From Microgenomates group bacterium Gr01-1014_5 (lineage in GTDB: Bacteria > Patescibacteriota > Microgenomatia > UBA8517 > UBA10165), in contig VMGE01000006.1 in NCBI GenBank assembly GCA_007376395.1, positions 2,812 to 66,811 of the forward strand: 64,000 nt of DNA, written 5' to 3'. This document shows positions 29,148 to 39,000 of the stretch, in pieces. Every line of letters starts with the position of its first letter. Position 1 is the stretch's first letter. The notes beneath the pieces are model-generated. The model did no database searches. It was given only the letters and a program-made list of their open reading frames with translations, and was not told the origin of the DNA. A program made the translations under genes and the position numbers.

Positions 29148-30791
29148 TTACTGGGAAGCAGAATATACAGCCAAAACCCCGCGAATACTTTCGGCAACCG
29201 GAGGCAGTAAAGTCTTAATATCTCGACCTTCTTGTATCATTTGGTCTACTAAACCCTTCCAGATCTGCGATAAACGGGAATTTATTCCCGTTGACCCGTC
29301 ATTGGTGTTAGACGACAAATAAGAAGAGTGGGAAGTTGAAGCTTGGCGCAAATATGCCCCGACTAAAGGATCGTTTTCTAAAGGTTGAGCCATATCTGGC
29401 CGAGGGTAAGGGTTGCCGTATCCCCGTGCGGCCGAGACTGCGGCGTACGTTTTCTCTAAAGAAGATTTCTCGGACAAAAACTTTAAAAACCTCCAGGCTT
29501 CTTCAGAATTTTTACTTTTTTCCCAAACACCTAATGCCTGATATGACGAGTAATTAATATCCGGGTCGTCCGGGGAATTCTTGGGCAACTGCGGCATTGG
29601 TACTATACGAAAAGACAGGTTTGGGTTTAATTGTTTTATCTCTTCTGCCCGGCTTGAAGGTCCAAAGTACATCGCCGCCAAACCTTTAGCAAAAGCCTCT
29701 GTAGACCGCGGCAGGGTATCGTCCCAAATCTTTTCGTCGCGCGCGATAGAAACAAAAAACAATACCGGGTCTTCTGCCAATTCTCCTTGGGGATTAGCCA
29801 AATCCGCCTTGTTTTGCAAAAGCATGAGAGAGAGGATATCTTCCCAGTTATCAACGTTCTCTGTTCTGCCCATGGCTACTCCAGAACGGGTAATCCTCCC
29901 TTCCTCGTCTTTTTGTGTTAACTCGCGTGCGGTTTGTAAAAGATCGTTCCAGTTGTTGGGAATAAGTTTTCCGTTTTCATTAAAAATTGCCTCGTTAACA
30001 TACATCCCTAAACCGTCAATGGCTAAAGGGACGCCGAATACAGATGATCCGCGTACCAAATCACGGGAGGCGGTAGGATAAAAAGTGTTGGCAAATTCAG
30101 CGCTGTTAAAAATAGTCGCCGGGGCAGGAGCAAGCTGGGTAGACAACATTGGTACCCATGTGTTGTGATAGCTAAAAATATCCGGCCCTGAATTTTTAGC
30201 AAGGCTGTTTACCAACCTCTCCCTGTAATCTTCCTTTGCTTGTTTAATGTATCCTATTTTAACTTTGGGATTCTTTGCTTCGTATTCTTTAATTAAACTG
30301 TCCATCACTGTCTTTTCCTCCAAGCCCCAATAAGTTAGAGTTGTCTGCTCAGGACTTTTTGCGCTAAAGAGAAACGAATTTAGCGCAAAAGCTATGCCAC
30401 CTAAAACTACAAGCACACCCAAGCCTAAAAGCAGATATTTTAACGGCGGGGTTTTTGCCTTTTTTTGCTCTGCCGGGGGCTGATCTTGAGCAGGAGGAAC
30501 AGCAGGGGGCGGAACAGGACTTTGAATTTGTACCGGAGCCTGAAAAACTTCTTCTACTACCGGAATAGAGCGGGGCTCTGGTAAAACTTGAGAGACACTT
30601 GCCGTCTGCTGGTTTACAGGATTGGCGGGTAGAGAGATCGAAATTGGTGGCGGTGGGGGCACGTCCGACGAATTCTCGCTTGACGGCAGAGTCTGAGAAA
30701 TAGGATTTTGTCCGCTTGTTGGCTCGCCTCGATTCGCCTCGGTGTGAAGCGGATTCGGCGAAGCGGGCAAGCTAGAATCTTGGTCGGGCAT
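29148..30791 (-). CDS. ABC-transporter-type extracellular solute-binding protein (family 1, sugar-type) with Pro-rich N-terminal tail and signal anchor; orphan, with no permease genes nearby
   Basis: A ~120-aa Pro/Gln-rich cytoplasmic tail, a TM anchor, then an SBP_bac_1-like domain (TLTYWG..., KVKIGYIKQAKEDY...). Confidence 0.65.
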   Translation of the reverse strand: MPDQDSSLPASPNPLHTEANRGEPTSGQNPISQTLPSSENSSDVPPPPPISISLPANPVNQQTASVSQVLPEPRSIPVVEEVFQAPVQIQSPVPPPAVPPAQDQPPAEQKKAKTPPLKYLLLGLGVLVVLGGIAFALNSFLFSAKSPEQTTLTYWGLEEKTVMDSLIKEYEAKNPKVKIGYIKQAKEDYRERLVNSLAKNSGPDIFSYHNTWVPMLSTQLAPAPATIFNSAEFANTFYPTASRDLVRGSSVFGVPLAIDGLGMYVNEAIFNENGKLIPNNWNDLLQTARELTQKDEEGRITRSGVAMGRTENVDNWEDILSLMLLQNKADLANPQGELAEDPVLFFVSIARDEKIWDDTLPRSTEAFAKGLAAMYFGPSSRAEEIKQLNPNLSFRIVPMPQLPKNSPDDPDINYSSYQALGVWEKSKNSEEAWRFLKFLSEKSSLEKTYAAVSAARGYGNPYPRPDMAQPLENDPLVGAYLRQASTSHSSYLSSNTNDGSTGINSRLSQIWKGLVDQMIQEGRDIKTLLPPVAESIRGVLAVYSASQ

Positions 30792-30820
30792 TCAGGCTCC
30801 ATGGTATCATACGTGTAGCT

Positions 30821-32695
30821 ATGGACAAAATACCAAAAACACTTTTAAGATCAAAATTAAGGCCGTTCTTTGCCTTGGTTGCCGTCTGTGTAATCACTTT
30901 CATCTCTTTCCATCTCCTCTACTGGAATAGGGCTTATCCTGGAGTTAAAATCGTGGGCGTTGACGTCTCCGGAAAAACAGCTGCCGGGATAGAAGAAATA
31001 ACAAACAATCTCGCAAAGCCGGAAAAAATAGTCCTCAGCTCTAAAGATGAAGCTCCACGGGCAGGCGCCCGCGGTATCTTCTCCCCACTGCTTCGTCAGG
31101 AGCGGAATCCCTCCGAAGCAGAAATTTCTTCGCATTCATCCACGGAATTGGACACATGGTTTTCTGCGAAGGGGGATAAAAAATACGAATATACCGGTGA
31201 AGAAATTGAGCTGGAATACAGAACAAACAAAACAGCTCTCCGCGCCGTAGAAATTGGCCGCAAAGGAGACTTGGGTAAAACAACCCGCGACAAATGGAAA
31301 GCTCTAACCCGAGGAACCAACATCCCTCTTTCTATTTCGCTCGACAGCAAGGCTCTAGATTTAATCATTGAAAAGGTCTCTCAGGACGCACACGTTCCTT
31401 CTGTTGAGCCCGCGGTCAATATTCAAGGGAAAAGAATTGTCGTTAACGCCGGAAAAAGCGGGCAAGAGGTCAAAAAAGAAGAATTAAGAGAAAAAATAAC
31501 CCGTTCCTTGGCTTTTCTTGAAACTGAAGAAATAACAATTCCTGTCACAATAACCAATCCGCAGCTTTCTGAAATTGACGTAAAAATAATCAAAGAAAGA
31601 GCAACAAAATTATTGGGCAAACAAATCCAAATTGCTTTTGAAAAAGAGATTTTCAACTACAAAGATCTGGAGCTGGTTACCATCCTTGGAACAGAACAAT
31701 CTTTTATCAATGCCGAAAAAACCAAAACCCTTGTTTCTGATTTAGCAGAGGGTGTAAACCGCGAACCTCAAGACGCCAGGTTTGAATTCGAAAGCGGGAA
31801 AGTTAAAGAATTTACACCAGCAAAAGACGGTATTAAGGTTCAGGAAGAAGAAACTGTAAAGCAGGTAGCCGAAGCGCTCAAAAAACTTGTTGAGACCGAG
31901 GAAAAAACAGCTCTCGTTCAACTCGCGGTCGACGCAACCCGCCCAGAAACTCAAAATCAAGACGTCAATAATCTGGGAATAAACGAGCTTGTCGGGCGCG
32001 GAGAGTCAATTTACCGCGGATCGATTCCCGGCCGTATTCACAACCTCTCCCTTGCGGCCAGCCGTTTAAACGGGATTCTTATCAAGCCCGGTGAAGAATT
32101 TTCCTTTAATAGAGCCGTCGGCGATATTTCGCAGGGAACCGGCTATCAGCAGGCATATGTGATTAAAGAAGGAAAAACGATTCTTGATGACGGGGGCGGG
32201 GTGTGTCAAACATCTACCACTTTTTTTAGAGCCGCCCTAAACGCAGGTCTGCCAATTACAGAAAGGCACCAGCACTCATACCGCGTCTCTTATTACGAGA
32301 ACGGCTCAAAGCCGGGGTATGACGCGGCCATTTATTTACCCAATATTGACTTGCGTATTAAAAACGACACTCCGGCGCACATTTTGATACAAACCATAAA
32401 CGACAGACAAAATGCCAAACTTATTTTTGAGTTTTACGGAACCAACGACGGAAGACGCGCAGAAACCTTAAACTACCGCCAGTGGGATCCGCGGCCTGCT
32501 CCGCCCGATCTCTATCAAGACGACCCTACCCTGCCCACAGGAACAACAAAACAGATCGAAAAGTCGGTTCCTGGATTAAAAACTGCATTTGATTACAAAG
32601 TGACGCGGGGTGGTGAAACTATTTTCGAAAAGACTTTTTATTCCAACTTCCGCCCTTGGCAAGCGGTATACCTGCGCGGAACAGCCGAACAGTAA
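30821..32695 (+). CDS. VanW-family protein with N-terminal membrane anchor
   Basis: The C-terminal VanW signature GYQQAYVIKEGKTILDDGGGVCQTSTTFFRAALNAGLPITERHQHS. Confidence 0.7.
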   Translation: MDKIPKTLLRSKLRPFFALVAVCVITFISFHLLYWNRAYPGVKIVGVDVSGKTAAGIEEITNNLAKPEKIVLSSKDEAPRAGARGIFSPLLRQERNPSEAEISSHSSTELDTWFSAKGDKKYEYTGEEIELEYRTNKTALRAVEIGRKGDLGKTTRDKWKALTRGTNIPLSISLDSKALDLIIEKVSQDAHVPSVEPAVNIQGKRIVVNAGKSGQEVKKEELREKITRSLAFLETEEITIPVTITNPQLSEIDVKIIKERATKLLGKQIQIAFEKEIFNYKDLELVTILGTEQSFINAEKTKTLVSDLAEGVNREPQDARFEFESGKVKEFTPAKDGIKVQEEETVKQVAEALKKLVETEEKTALVQLAVDATRPETQNQDVNNLGINELVGRGESIYRGSIPGRIHNLSLAASRLNGILIKPGEEFSFNRAVGDISQGTGYQQAYVIKEGKTILDDGGGVCQTSTTFFRAALNAGLPITERHQHSYRVSYYENGSKPGYDAAIYLPNIDLRIKNDTPAHILIQTINDRQNAKLIFEFYGTNDGRRAETLNYRQWDPRPAPPDLYQDDPTLPTGTTKQIEKSVPGLKTAFDYKVTRGGETIFEKTFYSNFRPWQAVYLRGTAEQ

Positions 32696-32790
32696 AATTG
32701 ACCTAATTAACCTAAGTACTCTAATTTCTAAATTGGGAATTGGAACTTATTTAGATTAATTAGAATAATTAGAGCAATTAGAAATTCTAT
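32694..32790 (+). repeat. ~95-nt dyad-symmetric intergenic repeat element, copy A (immediately upstream of tsaD)
   Basis: aaaattgacctaattaacctaa...ttagaataattagagcaattagaaattctat. Its reverse complement matches 60392..60489 over nearly its whole length. Confidence 0.7.
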
Positions 32791-33882
32791 ATGGTTATTC
32801 TTGGAATTGAAACTTCCTGTGACGAAACAGCGGCTTCAGTCGTAAAAGACGGAAGAGAAATTTTGTCTCATGTACTGGCAACTTCTGTACAGATGCACAT
32901 AAAAACTGGCGGCATTATTCCCGAAAAGGCTGCGCGTGAACAAGTGAAATCAATAATCCCAGTGATAGAAGAAGCACTTCTCCAGGCTTCAGGGGCTGGA
33001 GGCTGGAGGTTAGAGCCTGGGTCATCGTCTAATCTCCAATCTCTAATCTCTAGTCTCGACTGCATCGCCGTCACCTACGGTCCGGGGCTTATTGGCTCTC
33101 TTTTAGTGGGAGTAGAAACCGCCAAAACTCTTTCGTATCTTTGGAAAAAACCCGTTGTTCCCGTTAATCATCTCACTGCTCATATTTATGCAAACTGGCT
33201 AACCGGTAACCCGACAAACCGGAACCTGGAACCTGAATTGCCTGCTGTTGCACTGGTTGTCTCAGGAGGACATACAGATCTTGTTTACTTAAAAAATCAT
33301 GGTCAGATGGAATATATCGGAGGAACGCGCGACGACGCCGCTGGGGAAGCTTTTGACAAAACAGCCAGACTCTTAGGTCTTCCCTATCCCGGCGGACCAG
33401 CGATAGCCGCTGCTGCATCCCACTACCCACTACCCACTACCCACTACCAATCTTTCTTACCTCGGCCGATGATTTCCAATAATAATTTTGACTTTAGCTT
33501 CTCTGGCTTAAAAACAGCCGTGCTTCGCGAAGTATCTAACTTCCAACATCCATCTTCCAACCTCCCGCTTCCAACATCAGCTTTCGCATACGAAATTCAG
33601 GAAGCAATTACCGATGTTTTGGTCGAAAAATCTTTACGCGCGGTAAAGCAATATAAGGCAAAAACTTTTCTTTTAGCGGGCGGAGTCGCGGCAAACTCTC
33701 GCTTGCGCGAAAAGTTTGAATTAAGAATTAAGAATAATAAATTAGGGATAGATTTCAGGGTTCCTCCTCCAGAGCTTTGCACAGACAACGCCAGCCCTAT
33801 TGCCGCTTGTGCTGAATTTAACTATCACCCCCTCTCTTGGCAACAAATATCTGCCAATCCAAACTTGAGTATTATGAACTGA
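32791..33882 (+). CDS. tsaD: tRNA N6-adenosine threonylcarbamoyltransferase TsaD (Kae1/Gcp)
   Basis: MVILGIETSCDETAASVV..., HLxAH and GGVAAN motifs. It carries in-frame low-complexity inserts encoded by heptanucleotide tandem repeats. Confidence 0.9.
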   Translation: MVILGIETSCDETAASVVKDGREILSHVLATSVQMHIKTGGIIPEKAAREQVKSIIPVIEEALLQASGAGGWRLEPGSSSNLQSLISSLDCIAVTYGPGLIGSLLVGVETAKTLSYLWKKPVVPVNHLTAHIYANWLTGNPTNRNLEPELPAVALVVSGGHTDLVYLKNHGQMEYIGGTRDDAAGEAFDKTARLLGLPYPGGPAIAAAASHYPLPTTHYQSFLPRPMISNNNFDFSFSGLKTAVLREVSNFQHPSSNLPLPTSAFAYEIQEAITDVLVEKSLRAVKQYKAKTFLLAGGVAANSRLREKFELRIKNNKLGIDFRVPPPELCTDNASPIAACAEFNYHPLSWQQISANPNLSIMN

Positions 33883-35282
33883 TGGTCAACCCAGCATTTT
33901 TACGCCTTCTGTGTTACTTTTTAGTCTTTTTTGTTTTTTTCTTACCACCTATTGACACTGATTTGGGTTGGCATTTGCGCTACGGCAACTTCATGCTTGA
34001 AAACCAAAGGCTTTTTATTCCCAACCAGCTAACTTACTTCCTCCCCGACTATGTTTGGCCTAATTCTTACACTCTTTATCAAATTTTGACTACGGTTTTA
34101 TTTAATCTGGGAGGCTTGTTTTCCCTGAGCGCGGCTTATGGGTTTTTAGGTGTATTTTCTTTCTGGCTTTTCCAGAAAATTTCCCCTAAAAATCTTTTCG
34201 CCTCTTTGAGCATCTTTTTATCTATCGTCTATTTCGGGCAAGTGGTTTTTAACCTTGGCTGGAGAGCGCAAGTTTTTAGTTTTACATTTTTAATCGCAAC
34301 TTATCTCACAGTTAAACAAGTGCTTGCCCACAACTCTTTCCCTCGATTTTTCCCCTTAATTTTTATCCTTTGGGCCAACTTGCACGGAGGGTTTGTTTTA
34401 GGACTTTTTGTCCAAGGGGCGGCTCTTGCTCAAAGCATCTTTGACAGAAACAAGAGAGTGGCAAAAACTCTAGCTCTTACTCTTACTCTTTCTGCTTTGG
34501 CAACTTTCTTAAACCCCTACGGAATAGGTGTTCACCAGGAAGTCTTAAACCACCTACAAACCTCTTTAGGCGGAATTATTGCCGAGTGGACTGCCCCGTC
34601 TTTTTGGTACACAGGCTTTGTTCTCTTCGTTACTCCGGTTTTGCTATTTTTTTCCTATTACAAAAAGAAAAACTTCATTTTTTGGACAATTTTACTGTGC
34701 ACCTTCGCTCTTATGGCCATAACCGCTAAACGCAACTTAAGTGTTTGGGCGCTATTTGCCGGAATTTGTACACTCGAGGTTGCAAAAACAGAGATTAAAA
34801 CTTGGTCTAAAAAACTTGCTTTTCAAAGAATAGCCACAGCTATTCTTATTATTCTTGGCTTAAGTATTATTTCTGCCAATATCCCTCGAACATTGGATTT
34901 AACTTTTAACTGGTCGAGTTTCTGTACCAAAGGTTTGCGCGTCATGCCGTGCGAAGCCGTAAATTACATTAAAAAATATCCACCGGAAGGAAAAAACGTT
35001 TTCTCGTCTTATGAGTGGAGTGGATTTACTGCTTGGCAATTACCCCGCTATAAATATTTTGTCGACGGACGCATGCCTGCTTGGACTATACCAAGCCCGT
35101 ACACGACTCACCTTGAAATAATGCGGGCGCAGGGTGACTTTTTGAAAAAATTGACAGACTACAAAACCGATTGGCTGTTAATTCCAGCTAGTTCCCCGCT
35201 AGATTCATATCTAACCAAAAACCAGACTATTTGGAAAGAAAAATACAGAGATAAAACGAGCGTCATTTATACTAAATTGTAG
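33882..35282 (+). CDS. polytopic integral membrane protein, putative GT-C-type glycosyltransferase
   Basis: About 12 TM helices then a ~130-aa soluble C-terminus. The start overlaps the tsaD stop (TGATG). Confidence 0.45.
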   Translation: MVNPAFLRLLCYFLVFFVFFLPPIDTDLGWHLRYGNFMLENQRLFIPNQLTYFLPDYVWPNSYTLYQILTTVLFNLGGLFSLSAAYGFLGVFSFWLFQKISPKNLFASLSIFLSIVYFGQVVFNLGWRAQVFSFTFLIATYLTVKQVLAHNSFPRFFPLIFILWANLHGGFVLGLFVQGAALAQSIFDRNKRVAKTLALTLTLSALATFLNPYGIGVHQEVLNHLQTSLGGIIAEWTAPSFWYTGFVLFVTPVLLFFSYYKKKNFIFWTILLCTFALMAITAKRNLSVWALFAGICTLEVAKTEIKTWSKKLAFQRIATAILIILGLSIISANIPRTLDLTFNWSSFCTKGLRVMPCEAVNYIKKYPPEGKNVFSSYEWSGFTAWQLPRYKYFVDGRMPAWTIPSPYTTHLEIMRAQGDFLKKLTDYKTDWLLIPASSPLDSYLTKNQTIWKEKYRDKTSVIYTKL

Positions 35283-35299
35283 TATAGTTGTTATTATAA

Positions 35300-36019
35300 A
35301 TGGATATTCTGCCTGCCCAGGAGTTTCCCGAAATTACAAGCCGCTTTAGTCGGAAAAAACTTCTTCTTGTCTTTTTCATTATTATCTTTCTCGTAATCGG
35401 TATTTTTATCGTTGCGCCATTTATTGCCGAACCGACTTCTCCGCCAAAAGAAATTTTTATTACCAATATTACCGACGGACAAGCGACAATAACTTGGTCT
35501 ACAGATAAACCGACAAAAGGAACGGTTAAGATTCAAAAGGATATTTATAAAGACGATGGAGATAAAAACAAAAAAAGCCAGGGGTTTTATGCCACACACC
35601 TTGTAACAATCGGCGCCTTGCGACCTGCCACTTCGTATAATTACGAGATTTATCAAGGCTGGAGAAAAGTTTCTGAGGGTTCGTTTACAACAGCAATTAT
35701 TTTAAACTCAATTAACAACCCCAACCCTGTCTATGGCCGCGTCATTGACTCATCAAACAGACCGCAAGTCGGAGCAATTGTCTATTTGACTGCAAAAAAT
35801 CAAAACGGAGAATCAGCGCTTTACTCGACTTTGACCAACAACGAGGGACGTTGGCAAATAGATCTAGCCAACTTTCGCACCCGTGATCTAAAAGCTCCGT
35901 TTAATTTAAACACTGAGACAGTTCAAGAAGTGGTTGTGCAAACAGGATTCCGCGGCAAGTTTAAAGCCGCGACAGATATGGATAACGATCAACCCTGGCC
36001 GGATATTATTGTAAATTGA
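35300..36019 (+). CDS. membrane-anchored FN3-like domain protein (paralog of 40278..41501)
   Basis: TM anchor, then ITNITDGQATITWSTDKPTKG (fibronectin-III/purple-acid-phosphatase N-terminal-like), YGRVIDSSNRPQVGAIVYL, NNEGRWQIDLANFR, MDNDQPWPDIIV. Confidence 0.5.
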   Translation: MDILPAQEFPEITSRFSRKKLLLVFFIIIFLVIGIFIVAPFIAEPTSPPKEIFITNITDGQATITWSTDKPTKGTVKIQKDIYKDDGDKNKKSQGFYATHLVTIGALRPATSYNYEIYQGWRKVSEGSFTTAIILNSINNPNPVYGRVIDSSNRPQVGAIVYLTAKNQNGESALYSTLTNNEGRWQIDLANFRTRDLKAPFNLNTETVQEVVVQTGFRGKFKAATDMDNDQPWPDIIVN

Positions 36020-36021
36020 TT

Positions 36022-39000
36022 ATGCAAAATTTTTCCAAAAACGTTTTTGTCCAACTTGTAAATTTGCTTCTAATTTTTAATGTTGTTTTTTCTTCTTTAG
36101 CGCCATCCTTAGTCTATGCGCAAAACACAGGAGAGTATGACGGAGGAGGAAATGCCGGAGATGACGGCGGAGGAGACAGTGGAGACGAAGGAGATTCTGG
36201 ATCAGATGAGGGTAACACAGGTGACGGAGGAGACGTAGACAACGGAGCGGCAGATGCCGAAACCGGCAACAGTGGAGTGGAGCAAGAAGGAAATCTCGGC
36301 AGCTCAGGGGACGAGGGCAACACCGGATCTGAAGGAAGCGGAGACGGAGGTAATACTGGTGGCGGTGGTGGTGGAGAAGGAGGAAATGCCGGAGATGAAA
36401 GTGGAAATGCAGACAGCGGCAGCTCAGGGGACAGCGGAGGCGGAGGTAATACCGGAGACAGTAGAACACCAACACCCACTCCTGTCTCAGGGGGAACAGG
36501 AAATACTGGCAGTTATGAGCCGAGGTCATACATTTCAGTAACCTACAGTTGCGGGGGGTGGGCAAACGGATGCTCAAATCGGGCCATGGATTGCCGGGTC
36601 TTCAACGGACAAATTGAATCTTGCGGAGGGTGTTACTGCATGGATGCCTCTGTTAACACCCCACCTTCTCCTTCATCTTCAGCACCTGAGGGAAATACCG
36701 GTGCAGAGCCGACACCTACACCAACTCCACCCACACCCGTGCCAACAATAAACGTTGAGGCAGAAGCACTTACCGCAACTGGCAATACCGGAACAGGGGG
36801 TAATATAGGTATAGAGCCTATCGTTCCGGTTACTTCGGATGAAACACAAAGAGCGGCAATTGCGGCGGCGCTTGCCGCAACACAGGCAACCACAATTGAC
36901 CTTATAAACCGGCAAGTCCGCGAAGCCGGTAGTGGAAACACCGGAATTGACCACACGCTTGCTTCAGTCCCAGATAATGTTGGCAATCTTGGCTCGCAAG
37001 TAGCTTCTGCAATCTTTGACCCTTTGGCAGATTTCCGATTACCAAATATTTTTAGTTCAAACTCAGATTTAACTGAAGCAGAAAGGCAAATTAACGAATT
37101 AGACGCAAGACTCGCTCAAGAGAGAGAAGAATTAAACCGCGACTTTTATAATCCCAATAACCCTTTATCTGCCCTCCGCTTGCTTGTTCCCAACGGAGAA
37201 AATAATAATGACCCCTCTGCTCTTTTTGGCCAATTTACGTCTCAAATGGGGAACGCCGGGGTTCGTGTAGAAGGCAATGTCGGAGAACCTTCTTTTAGTC
37301 TCGCGTGCCTGGACGCCGACTGTTTTCTAAGTAAGCTCGGCTCTACTCATCTCGCAACTCTACCGTTACTAGGAAACGTAACGACTGAGGGAGCAGTAGA
37401 TTTTTTTGCCAGCTCTGCACTGGAACTAAACCGGAAAAGCGCAGAAACCTCAAAAGTTCTTGGTGAAGCAAAAGACTTATATAACCAAGCAGGGGTAAGC
37501 GCGAGAATGCGAGCGTCCCAGCCAAATCCTTGCGACACAGATCCCAGCTCAACACAATGTTTAACTTTTTCAACTTTTTCACAAACTTCACCTAATTTAG
37601 CCTTAGAACTTCAAAGAGATAAAGAGCTATACCCCGACGACACCTTAACACCAGAAGAAGTCGCCGCAAGAAACGCTCTTGAAGCAAAGCTCGACGAAGC
37701 CGCTCAGATGGCTTATGACGGCGCAATAGAAACAGCCGCAATCGTAGCAATGACTTATTTTGGAGGTCCGGCTCTCAATAAAGTGGGTGGGTTCATAAAA
37801 GGCGTAGGTGGAAAACTTGTCGGATCTGCGAGTGATTTCCTACGACCAGCAGGAGGAATATTTGATGATTTAGTAACGGGAGGCCGAAGGGTTTTTGGCA
37901 CAGCAGACGATCTTCCAATGCCGGCACATGCCGTTATGCATTCCGTACAGTCAGTAGATGACTATTATGTACCGCCGTTTGCCAGATCTGTCGACCCCGA
38001 AGAAGCGCGAGAAGCGGGTATGAGAATATTTAACAGCGAGGCGCTTCACGACGACGATTTGTTAAGAGTTTCCCATTGGATCCGCAACGGTCAAGGATTG
38101 CCCGACAATGGCTTAAGCGACGATGTTGTCAATTTTGCAAAAAGAGTTTCTGACGATTTAATGTCTTCTTTCGTACCTGACAATAACGGCGGTTTTAGAC
38201 TATCACCAGTTTCAAAAATAACTGAAGCAAAAAGGGCGGTAATTAACGCTCTTGAGCACGAAGGAAATACTGGGCTAATTGTATATAGTCAACGGGCTAT
38301 TAGCGAAGATGAGTACCGCGAATTAGCCGAGCGCTCATTAGACGCAACCATAAGAAACAGACAAAATCAGGAAAAGTTGAGGGGGGCTGTGGAAGAAGCT
38401 AGAAAAATTGCGACCACGATGAACGACTCGCTTGGGGGTTCGGCAAGCGATATCGCCAGACGACAGACCGACATTGAATCTGCTTACGATTTAAGCAGGT
38501 TTCATTCAGCCTCACTTGAAAGCCGACTGGCAGGAAGTAGCGGCGAGGCAGTAGGTGGATTCTTTATTCCAAGAACCGGCCAAATATCTATAACTGAAGG
38601 AACAGGTCTATCTCCTTTGCCGACAATTGTTCACGAGTGTAGACACACTTGCGATTTTTTATCTAGCCCGCAACATTTTAATGATTTGACGCGTAGATTC
38701 GGGAAGCCAGCGGCAGTGGCACTTAACGAAGGAAGAGTTGCTAGTTTTGAAGTAGATGCATTAAAAATCAGTAAATATAATCAGAGCGCAAGTGACGCGA
38801 GTGCGGCACATACTCAAGCATTCCAACAATATAAACAAATATTTGAGGAAGGTATTGTACCAGAGCTGGCAAAAAGAGAAAACGTAACTATTGACGAGGC
38901 CCGTAAAATCACATACAGGGATCCTTCTGCTCTTGATAAAATAGACGATAAAAAAATCAATGAGATTTTAGACCAATTCGGAATCTCGAGAAATAGTCCT

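Noticed and set aside
33027-33054. Short regularly spaced repeats considered as a CRISPR array
   Set aside because: The units are 7 nt, contiguous with no spacers, and lie in-frame inside tsaD and valS. They are microsatellite-like repeats, not CRISPR.
36077-36986. Several 90-170-aa minus-strand ORFs rich in Pro/Leu/Arg/His/Cys opposite the giant gene
   Set aside because: They are antisense artefacts of the GC-rich Gly/Asp-coding tract of the 1418-aa gene.
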